Source of the DNA: Caecitellus pseudoparvulus
Lineage: Eukaryota; Protista; Bigyra: Bicosoecida
DNA: 64,000 bases
Reading direction: 5' to 3'
Assembly: GCA_965644315.1 (NCBI GenBank)
Contig: CBFFRQ010000062.1
Coordinates: 496,001 to 560,000 of the forward strand
The position numbers were made by a program, and so were the translations under genes. Positions 9,965 to 20,204 of the stretch are shown here, one piece after another. Under the pieces are notes generated by a model, which worked only from the letters and a program-made list of their open reading frames with translations, made no database searches and was not told the DNA's origin. Each line of letters begins with the position of its first letter. The first letter of the stretch is position 1.

Positions 9965-11927
9965 ATGGCAGCCCAGCCTAATCCAAAGGGCACTGTGCAC
10001 ATGCCAGCTTCCCGTTTGAGGTCCCTGCCTGCCAAGGTTGCGGTGGCATTGCCGCTTCGCTTCACGACGCCGCAGCAGGCAGTGGTGCACTTGCACGGGG
10101 CAAAGCGCCTGGCCAGGGCAGTGTACGGCCAGCAGGGCGATGTGGCCTCCTTGCCCGTCTTCAGCACTCATCCTGAAGATGCAGCCTGTGCTCCGCTGAC
10201 GGGGCAAGCAGTGGCACCGCTGCCTCCCACGCTGGTGCTGTCGGTGCGCAAGACCAGGGACAGGCAGAGCGGCCTGAGCAGCGTGTCAGCGGAATTGACG
10301 GGCATCGTTCACCAGGCATTTGACTTTCGCCAACTCCCTGACTTTTGCTTCTCTGAGGCGGCACACGCGGTGCAGTTGCCGCAGCAGGGCGAGCTTCTGA
10401 ATGCCATAGGCCGTGGTGCTCGAACCAGTTTCCGCAGCTCTGCGCTGTGTGGGCGGGGAGATGACGCGTTAGGCACCTTGACCGATCGCGATGGCCCTCT
10501 CGCCCTTCCCATGCCTGTGCTGGGTGCCTGTGATTATCTTCCAGTGGGGCACCGCTTGCTGCCTGTGCGGGCACCGTTGGATTACAAGTGAGCCTGCACC
10601 CTTCGCCCCAGGCCAGGTTCGTGTGCTAACTCGCCCCTCTCACACTGCACAGGTTCGTCGGGGCACCGTGTGAAGCAGGAGAGGGGATTGCTCCTCGTGG
10701 CGTGCCGTACTCGCTCCAGGAGACGGTCTTCGACCTGCACCAGGAGGGGGCGGCGGTACCCAGCCAGCCCTTGGAGCTGCCGCCTGGAGACGTGTGGCGC
10801 GGCATCCACCTTCCCGTCGTGCTGAGTGTGCTGCGAGTGGTGCGTGGGCTGCTTGCATGGGCGCACATTGCTTGATGTTTGCACTTCCCCACCTGTGCTT
10901 TCACCCGCCCCCTTCAGTTGTTCTCCCTGACGCCGCTGTGGCAAGGGGTCGACTTGGACACCATCTTCGCACTCGCTCTTCCGGACTCCAACAGGGCATG
11001 GCGCACCGCCCTGCGCGGCGTCGCATACAACCTCAACCGCATCCCTTTCCGCCACACTTGGGCACGCCTCGGCTTTGACCCTCGCCGGCACGCTGAGTCT
11101 GTGCTGCACCAAACAGTTGAAGTGCACCGCCCACACCGCAGGTCGCATGCTACGGGCTCAGGGGCCGCCACCGCACCACAGTTGCACAGTTCCATGGCCG
11201 AGGCTGGAACAGAGCTTTGCTTTGCAGCAGGCCTGCTCGGAGAGGGCAAGCAAGGGTGCACGTTCACCGTGTGTGGCGCGCTGACCGAGCCAGGCGTGGT
11301 CGCAGTGCCGCTGACATCGCAGTCGGCGGGCGGCGTCTTCGAGCCGCCATTGGCGGCTGCAGAGACCCCCCAGGTGCGCACATGCGGCACTGAAGGGACG
11401 CTGATGCATGCCTTGCTCACTGGCCGCGCCGTGGTCAGCGACACCCTCGAACTGGAGCAGGACGATGTCGAGCTGTTCACAAACGCGGCAGCCAATGCCA
11501 GGGCGAGCATGCGCCCGGGCCAGGCAGCAGATGACATCGCGTCGCAGTGCAGCACTCTCGCTGGCTTCTTCTCTGCCCTGGTGGCCCCTCTACGCAGCGA
11601 GCAGGCCGTCATGCCTTCATTGGCCTCCCTGCAACTTGTGGCTGACACGGTGGCGCTGCAGGTGTGCCCCGCCCACCAGGAGGCTTGTTTGCAGGTGTTG
11701 GCGCCTGTCACTTCAGAATGTGAGTCGCCGCGCGCTGGCTAGCAGGCGCAACCACCCACCTGCAGGCTGGTCGAGCCCGCCGCCACTGCACAGGGAACGG
11801 ACGGCAAGGCTTCTTGACGAAAGACACTGAGGAGGAGCTGCGGGCGAGACTGGCCCGTGTCGCTTTTGGCACTGCGGAGGGCGCTGCCCCACCGTTCCAC
11901 TTGTGGCGAAGCCCGCCCAAGGCTTGA
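9965..11927 (+). CDS. GTF3C5: RNA polymerase III transcription factor IIIC subunit 5 (tau95/Sfc1)
   Basis: FDFRQLPDF (tau95 N-domain) and LFSLTPLW...VAYNLNRIPFRHTWARLGFDPRRHAESVLHQTVEV (tau95 HTH domain). Frame-consistent introns at 10588-10652 (CTAAC branch point), 10840-10917 and 11720-11793. Confidence 0.8.
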
Positions 11928-12031
11928 CGCCGTCGCGGTCTGCATGGCCGTGAGTGGGAACAGCAGCTCCCGTGCATTGTGCTGCATGACTGGTGGCAAA
12001 GGGTGCCGCCACGCGATACGCCCCTGCTGCG

Positions 12032-14131
12032 CTAGACACGCTGCAGAGACTGCGCATCTAACGCACCTGCGGCGACTCCTGCATCTGCCTGAGCCCTTGT
12101 ACTGAGTGCCGCCCCCGCCACGCCGTCCAACGCCTCGTCTGTCAGCTCCCGCAGCCAAGAGTCAATGTCGGGCGTGGAAGTGCGGGGCGGCGTGGAGGCC
12201 TGCAGCGGCGCGCCGTAAGTCACACCCGCCCATGCCTGGAGCTGCTCCTCCTCACTCTCGTGCAGAGTGCCGGGCAGCGCCCATGGCTCTTGTGTCGGTA
12301 TGCCGGTCGTGTTGGCGTGCCGCACGATGGGGAGGGCGGAGGAGTCCACTTGCTCCGAGCGGGGCAGCGCCAGCTGGTCCCACACCTGGTCCAGGGCGTG
12401 CAGGAGGTCCCGCAACATGGACATGGTGTGCACTGGCGTGACGGTGAAGCGCAGGCGCTCCTGTCCCCTCGGCACGGTGGGGAAGTTGATGGGCTGCACG
12501 TACACGCCGTGCTGCTGGCGGAGGATGTCCGAGGCGGCCTTGGCCTTGGCGGCGTCCCCGACAAAGACGGGGATGATGTGGGAAATGGAGTCCATGAGAG
12601 GCAGGCCCGCCCCCACCAACAGCTCCTTCAAGCGGTGTGCCTTGGCGTGCATGATGCGGCGCTCCCACTTGGAGTTGGCCAGGTGCTGCACACTGGCCTC
12701 GGCACCCGCCGCGACGACGGGGGGGATGGACGTGGTGAAGATGAACCCTGGCGCAGTGGAGCGCATGGTGTCGATGAGGGGGGCAGAGGCGGCCAGGTAC
12801 CCCCCCACCACACCGTACGCCTTGCCCAGCGTGCCGGTGATCATGGTGAGTCTGCTTGCCTGCCCGTCGCGCTCCGAGATGCCGCCGCCCCTGTCGCCGT
12901 ACAGCCCCACGGCGTGCACCTCGTCGCAGAAGGTCATGGCGCCGAACTCGTCCGCCAGGTCGCAGATGTCGGACAGCGGCGCCACCGTGCCCTCCATGCT
13001 GTTCACGCTCTCGAAAGCGATGAGCTTGGGCGCCTGCGGGTCTGCCTCGGCCAGCAACCGGCGCAAGTCGTCCATGTCGTTGTGTTTGTAGATGACCTTG
13101 CGCACACGGGCGTTGCGCACGCCGTGGATCATGCTGGCGTGGTTCATGGCGTCGGAGAAAATGATCAGCTCAGGGAACACCTTGCCCAGCGTGGCCAGCA
13201 CAGTCTCGTTGGCGACATAGCAGGAAGAAAACACCAATGCACTTTCTGCACTGTGCAGGTCTGCCAGCGTGCGCTCCAGGGCGACGTGGTGCACGTTCGT
13301 GCCGGAGATGTTGCGCGTGCCGCCTGCGCCGGCGCCGCAGTCGTCCAGGGCGCGGTGCATGGCAGCCAGCACTGCGGGGTGCTGGCCCATGCCCAGGTAG
13401 TCGTTGCTGCACCAGGACACAAGGGTGGCTGCGCCTCCATCTGTCGTGGTGTGTGGGAAGTTGCCAGCCTGGGAAGGGAGGGTGGCGGTGCGGGTGCGAG
13501 TGTGATGTGCGGTCCAGGTGAGGGAGGGCAAGTGCACCGTACCTTTCGAGCCTGTTCCAGGAACACACGGTATCGCCCCTCAGCCTTGATGGTGTCCACT
13601 ATGCCCTGGAACTTGTCACGGTACCAGCCTGCACAGGGGCGAGGGCGGTGTGTCGGCGTGATCACACCACATGGATGCACGGAACTCTGCTGCATCAGCT
13701 GCACTCACCGCTTGAAAGGTGCGCCTTGGCACCAGAGGCAGCACTGGCGTGGCCCTGGGTCTCATCTTGCGAATCTTCAGTCACGCAAGGTGCGCCACAT
13801 GCAACTGCAGCGGCAGGGCAGGCAGTGAAGTGAGGTGACACGCAGGCGATGCCGTCAGCGTTTCGCCGCAGCAGCTGGCCTCGAACGCACCCTGAACCCC
13901 GCAGGCGCTGCATGTGGTCATGTCGTCCAGCTCACGATTCGATGCTGCTGCATCTGCCAGGTGCAGGTATGGGGACTCATGTGTCCGGACCATGTGCGGG
14001 CACTGCACAGCCAGCTGCGGCACCTGCCCCGTCACGGCCGCTGCAGGTGTGCCTGTCTGCGTGATACTGTGCAGGAAGGGGCACTTCCGCACAGCCCCAG
14101 CGGCCCGAGTGGCCACACGTGGGGCAGACAT
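12032..14131 (-). CDS. ALAS: 5-aminolevulinate synthase, mitochondrial
   Basis: [36 protein letters not shown] and the PLP lysine in TLGKAYG. Presequence carries CP motifs. Introns at 13890-13805, 13708-13629 and 13542-13469 restore the frame. Confidence 0.97.
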
Positions 14132-14516
14132 GGCTGATGCAGCGCACGGTAATCAGATGCAGGAAGGAGGCGCGCGAGGCGATGAAGGTAGTTGAGATTT
14201 GCCCAGCAGCGCGGCCACCCAGCGTTTCGTGCCGAAACGTGCGGGGGCAGACTGCCCCCCTTGCGGTGGTGGTCCCGCTTCACCTTTGCACCTGGCCACT
14301 GCAAAAAACAACTCACAGCGTGATAAACAGACCCGAAAGACACGTCCTGTCCAGCGAAGCCGGAAGCCATCGCCCTCCGTCGCCTGCCTCGTCGCTGCGA
14401 GTGCTGGCACCAGGGCAAGCCCTGGAGCGAGGTGGCTGGGCAGAATCAAGTGGCTGAGGACTGCGGCGTGCTCACCCTGTTGTCGCAGGGAGTGTTAGCA
14501 CTTTCGTCATCGCAGC

Positions 14517-15306
14517 ATGGGCTGCTGCTCCAGCAAGGCAGATGGTTCGCTCGTGCAGTGCACCTGCGGAAGTAGAGACCACGCGCACAGACATGCCTCC
14601 TCCCCGCGCCACAGAGCCAGACAGGCAAGGTCTCCTGGACGGAACACAGCATGAAGACGACGTGCTGGCATCGTCAGCCCCAGGTGCTGCCTCTCGCGCC
14701 GCGCCCATGTCCATCGGCCACCGTGGCTCTCGCGCTGGCCTGGGAGGACCAAGCCCTGGCCTCGCAGCTTCGTGCGTCTGCCGCCCACGCCCCGCAGCCC
14801 GACGCCGGTGTCGCACTGCGTGCCGCCATGCTTCGCAACAGAGTTCCAAGCAGCATGCCCATGCCCAGCAGCAGCATGCAGCGCCGGGCGTTTCACGAGG
14901 AGCACTTGAAACGCGTCGTGGACCGAGCAGAGGAGTGCGTTGCGCCACTGCTGCCCACGCCTGTGCATTGCCAAGCACACCTGGCCCCGCCCTGTCCCGC
15001 AGTGACATGATTGACATTTTCCAGTCTGCACTGGACTTCGAGCAGGAGGACCCATCCCACGCGGGTGCCCTCGCCTACATTTCCAGCATGCGCAGCACAC
15101 ACGTCAACTGCGCGGCAGTGCAACCCCGCTTCCCAGCCTGGTGGCCCGCCACCGGAGACGGCGCCAAGGCCAGCGTGCAAGCAGACCCTCAGGCTGCCGG
15201 GAAGGCGCAGGCTGTGGCGGAGAAGGTGAGCGCTGCCGTGGCGCGTGCCGCCCTCAGCCGGGAAGCAGTGCGGCCCATCGTCACCACCTTCACGTCGGCG
15301 GCGTGA
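14517..15306 (+). CDS. LAMTOR1: Ragulator complex protein LAMTOR1/p18 homolog
   Basis: The spliced N-terminus MGCCSSKADEPDRQGLL has a myristoyl/palmitoyl signal plus a DxxxLL sorting motif. EEHLKRVVDRAEDDMIDI and the C-terminal RPIVTTF resemble p18. Introns at 14545-14614, 14772-14841 and 14935-15002. Confidence 0.7.
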
Positions 15307-15308
15307 AG

Positions 15309-16070
15309 TCAGATGTCCACAATCACATACACGTGCACGCCCTCTGAGGAGGCACCCTCGTCCACCTGCTTGTCACCCCCGCCCAGTCCGTGCACTTGCA
15401 TGTTGGAGTAGGTGATGGCCTTCACCTCGGTGCCTTGTGGGTGCTTGGCCAGGCTGAAGCGCTCCCCTCGGCAGGCCAGCGTGACGCTGTACTGGCCTGC
15501 GGCGTCTCCAGAGCAGGCGCCAGAGGTGCTGCTCGGCATGACCAATCGCGTCACTTGCACGTCGCAGGCAATGAGGTCGTCAGTTGCGAAGCGGAAGAGA
15601 GCCTCGTCCAGCAGATGAAACACCAGTCCCAGCACATCTTTACCGGTGGCTGTGACTTCCCAGTCCAGCGCTGGGTCAGGTTCCACAGTGCCCAATTCAG
15701 TCATGTACCCAAACATGGCCAGCGTCACCTGTTCAAGGGCCTGTGCGAGGTCGCTGCCCCCTGTGGGCACAGCAGGAGCAGAATTGCGCTGGCGAAGGCG
15801 TGGCGAAACGCGCATGGAACGCACAGGCATGCAGCTGCACGTCCGCTGTGTGGTCCAAGTCTGTGAGGCCAATGCAGCATGGTGGGGACATGACTACACA
15901 GCCTCACTGCTTCGCTGCGCCTCACATTCGTACTGCTGCTCAGTCACATGAGGCCAGGTCAGCTCCTTGGCGGGCGTGGCTGCTGCGACGGGGTCTGGCT
16001 GGCTTGCCTCTCGCCTGCGCTTGCGCCGCGCTCTCTGGGGCAACTGGGGGACAGCGGCTTGGCTTGCCAT
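15309..16070 (-). CDS. ZBTB8OS: Archease (RtcB tRNA-ligase cofactor)
   Basis: Spliced YEYLDHTADVQLHAWG, plus HPQGTEVKAITYSNMQV and a terminal YVIVDI. Introns at 15925-15861 and 15824-15761. Confidence 0.95.
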
Positions 16071-16408
16071 GGCGCCAGTGGCTAGATCCGGCCCAGGGGA
16101 ACGGTTTGGTCAGTTGCGACGCTTCATTTTGGCAAACCTGGCGCATTGACTTCATCTACTGGTAATAATCCATGCACGAATTGCAAACATGGGTCGTTGT
16201 CTCCCCGTATGTCGCATGCCCCCACGCATCGGGTGCCTTCCTCCGTTCACAATCCAACACATTCCTGCGCCGGACCCTCACCGAGACATCCTCTTAGGGC
16301 CCCTCTCCACCGTAGGCACAGTCCTGCTCTGCTGCGCCAGCTGCGCTCCGGCGCCTGCGCGTTTCAAGCTGTGTTTGAGGCTCTGCGTGCCAGCACGTCT
16401 TCACCACC

Positions 16409-18078
16409 ATGGCTGCCTCCACCTTGCCCGTCAGCTCCATGCTGACCATGTCTCTCGATGACATCACAGCACAAGCATCAAAGGCCCGCCGCCAAACGCG
16501 CCCGTACGTGTTGCTCGTGGCGTGGTGGGGCGGCAGTGAAACGCGTGCCCGCCGCCCACGCTGAACGCTCCTGAGCTTGCCTTGCCCGTGGCGCCCATCT
16601 GGGCAGAGTGCACCGGACTCGTCATGAACTGCCACACCCACGCATCCCTCATGGAAGCGCGAGCTGTCTATCGCGGGACGGCGCGTGCCTGCGGCTGTCC
16701 GTGTCCCCGGTTGGCCCCGTCTCAAATGCCGCTGCGGCGCACCTCCCAACACGAACCCTGCTCGCCCTGCCGCAGTCGCCGCGTGGACACAACTGCGCCT
16801 TTCGCGCGGTCTCCAGGTGGTGGGAGTGGCCGTAAGAACATGATGGGTGACCAGGCCTGCCGCGTGTACGTGCACAACTTGGACTGGTCCGTCACCTGGC
16901 AGCAGCTGAAAGACCACATGCGCCAAGCCGGCGACGTGGCTCACGTGGACCTGCTCACGACCGGCAACGGCCGCTCTCGAGGGTGTGCCATCGTGGAGTT
17001 CGCTTCGCCCGCCGACGCACAAGCCGCCATTTCAACGCTGAACGACTCAGAGCTGGCTGGGCGGCAGATGCTGGTGCGGGAAGATCGGGAGGCGGTGCAC
17101 AAGGGACCCCCTCCGTCGGCGGCAGCGGGAGCGGCAACCGGCGGTGGCAGCGCTGCCCCTGACGTGCAGGCCATTTACGTGGGCAACCTCCCCTGGGAGT
17201 GCACGTGGCAGGATTTGAAGGACCTGGTGAAGGCGCATACATCTGGCCACATCGTGCGAGCTGATGTCGCGGCACACGCCGACTCTGGGCGCAGCGCAGG
17301 CTGGGGCCGAGTGGAGTTCAACTCGGCTGGCGCGGCGGCTGCCGCTGAGCGGGCCCTGCAGGGCGTGCAGGTGGCGGGTCGGGCTGTGAACGTGTACCTG
17401 GCATCTGGGGCCGTGCCGCCGGGCAAGGGCACTCTGGGCGCACCCCTCATCCCAGGCGGGGCGCCTGCGCGCCCAGCAGCTCCCATGGGCGGCGCCGGCC
17501 GTGGGGGGGGTGGCCAGCGTCAGGGCCCCGCCGCCTGCCGAGTGTACGTGGGCGGCCTGCCCTGGAGTGCGACGTGGCAGGATGTGAAGGACCACTTCCG
17601 CAGCGTGGGCAGCGTGGCACACGTGGACGTGCTCATGCGGCGCGATGGCAAGAGCACCGGCAGCGCCATTGTGGAGTTTGATTCGCCCCAGGCGGCCCGC
17701 GCAGCCATCGCCACGCTGAACGACACCGACTTCATGGGGCGCTTTCTGAACGTGCGGGAGGACAGGGAGGCTGGTGGGGGCGCGCCACAGCCCGTGCCTG
17801 GCCTGCGGGGCTCCGGCGGCCTGCACGTGTCGGGTGGCGCCGCTGGCCGTGGCGCGCACGGTGACTCGGGCATCGTCATCTCTGGCATGCCAGGCGGGCT
17901 GACGTGGCAGGACCTCAAGGACGAATTCTCCAGCAAGTTCCCGTCTGTCACGTACGCCTCTGTGTCAGGGCCCACCGGCATCGTGCGTTTCAACAACGCC
18001 ACAGACGCGCGCAACGCTGTGCGGGACTACAACGGTGTCGAGTTCAATGGCGTGCGTGTCACTGTGCGGCTGGAGTGA
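16409..18078 (+). CDS. Gbp2/Hrb1-like RNA-binding protein with four pseudo-RRMs and an N-terminal UBM-like motif
   Basis: Four RRMs each carry a TWQ(D/Q)(L/V)KD signature. A CCACCATGG start at 16409 gives exon 1 MAASTLPVSSMLTMSLDDI, and a phase-2 intron at 16504-16775 joins the RRM frame. Confidence 0.85.
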
Positions 18079-18310
18079 GGCGACGCCCCCTGCCCCGGTT
18101 GGCATTGGAGGGCAGCGGCAAAACTCCGCTTCGAACGACATCGGAATCCAATTGGCTAGACACGCTCACCACTCCCTGCAACTGGTTTATCCCTGCCTTG
18201 CCGCTGTGCGTGGCAGGCGGTGAGTCCTTGGCCTCGTTCATTCCGCACCGCTCACCACGCCGAAGCATTTCCAGCGGCGTCCAAGGCACCAAACGGCACA
18301 CTTCGGCGAG

Positions 18311-19991
18311 ATGGACTGCCCGGTATTAGATTTCCTAGGATCAGACGTCTCAGAGGTGTCCCAGACAAGTGGTGCGAGCCCGTTGGCCCCCAGTTTGCCG
18401 ACCCGCAGCCTGGCACCAGATCCCCTGGCCTGCTCCATCCTCAGGCATCGAAGTTGTCACTTGCGAAGAGCCAGACGCCACTGAGGAGGCTCGACTCGCT
18501 CACGAGCTTCGAGAGTCTGCAAGTGTTGCTGGAGATGTCATCTTTAGATTCAGCCCTTCCTCAGCTGCGACGGGTGAAGCGACATCCTCAACCCCAGTGA
18601 CAGCTGCTGCAGCGGCTGCAGGATGGGGTGGGGGTGAGGAGCAGGCACTGTACACTACTGACCCCTCCACCGCCATGGTGCCCCTGACAGTGCGCCACCA
18701 ACACACCCAGGTGGACGTCGAAGGAGAGCCTGAAGATGTCCGGTGTTGGGCCCTGGCCCTCGCCCGCGACCCTGCCCTCGCTCGGGCGCTGGCTGAGCTG
18801 CGGGTCGACCCCCCCTCCACCGCAAACCCCCTCATCGTCCACGTACCCAAGTCACTGCACGCACATAGAGAAGACATCTGCACTGCTCTGGACACGGGCT
18901 TTGTCAGCGGGGGCGCCTTGACTTCGCGCAGCATACAGTGTTTGCGGCGCGTGTTGGGAGTGCACGTAGCCGTCCCCGAGCCACCCCAGGCGGGCCTAAC
19001 GCTGGTGGAGCACCTGCTCATGTTCACTTCCAGCGCCATTTTGGACGAGCTGTCCTCGACCGGGACGGCTGCAGGGACACAGGTGGCGCTGGCACCAGGA
19101 ACGCAGCAACGCATGCGCGACCTGCTGCAGTGGGCTCAAGAGTACGAAGACAACACCCTGACGCCAGGCTCGTGGCCCCCTCACGACGCCCAAGTCCAAG
19201 TGCAGAAGGTGGACCTCCCACTGCACCGGTGCCTCACGCAGCACTGCTCGGACTTCCTGTGGGCTGGCCTGTCGGAAGTGTGGGCTTCGACGGAGGGCCC
19301 GCTGCCCACGCTCGCGTGGAGTGACGGCACCTTGCCCCCCAGCACCATGGCAGCTGCCCTCGTCATGCTGTACGCCCCTCAAGCATCCCTGCCACTGTAC
19401 CATCAGGTGGATGCGCTGCAGGTGGCTGTGCTGCTGCAGCAGCTGCAAATGCCGCAGGCGGTGCAGGTGATCTTGACAGCAGTGGGGCACTCCATGGACA
19501 CGGACACAGCGCTGTCCCTTGCCCACGCTGATGCAGAGGGTGCAGCTTCCCTGCCTGAGCAGGTGTATGAATCCGCCATGACGCAGCTGCTGAGCAACTT
19601 GGAGGAGTTGCAAGGCAGCGAGCAGTGGCAGGCCATGCCCGAGCCCCTACGCAAGCGCGTGACAGCCTTGTCCACAGCGCAGCGGGCCAACCCTCTGGGG
19701 GGTGCAATGATTGTGCGCCCTTCGGAACTCCTGGGCATCGCTGCCGAGTCCCTGGAGCACATGGCTGACGCACAGGCGGTAACGCAGGAGAACATCGAAC
19801 GCACCCGCCGAACGATGAGCACGGAGCTGCACACTGGTGCCAACCCCGCAACTGCCGCCCAGCGCCAACGCTGGCACTTGTACCTGGGTCAGCAGGAGGC
19901 GGCTCTCGCGAGACGGGCGAAGGCGATCCAGGAGCTCTCAGCGTTCTACAAGGAACAGAAGGCTGTCTTTGCAGCCATTGACACCAGCTGA
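18311..19991 (+). CDS. BTB/POZ-like domain protein with C-terminal coiled coil
   Basis: DAQVQVQKVDLPLHRCLTQHCSDFL...AALVMLY resembles a BTB fold start. ATG at 18311 plus an intron at 18372-18444 joins the ORF in frame. Confidence 0.55.
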
Positions 19992-20204
19992 GCATCTCGG
20001 CAGCGTGCTGAAGCCGACTTGCTGTAGCTAATGATTGAAGGGTGTGTGCGCGACCAGGCACAGCCCCTGTGCCCGTCTTGGATTTGCGTGGCTTGGCCTG
20101 CAGCAACAGCGCCAGTTGCGCCACCTGCACACAATCCAACACACCCCCCGACACACACCGCCGACACACAGCAGGGTTGTGCGAGTCCCACCTCCTGCAC
20201 CACC

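Noticed and set aside
14132-14250. Iron-responsive element in the ALAS 5' UTR
   Set aside because: No CAGUGN-loop hairpin is visible upstream of the ATG.
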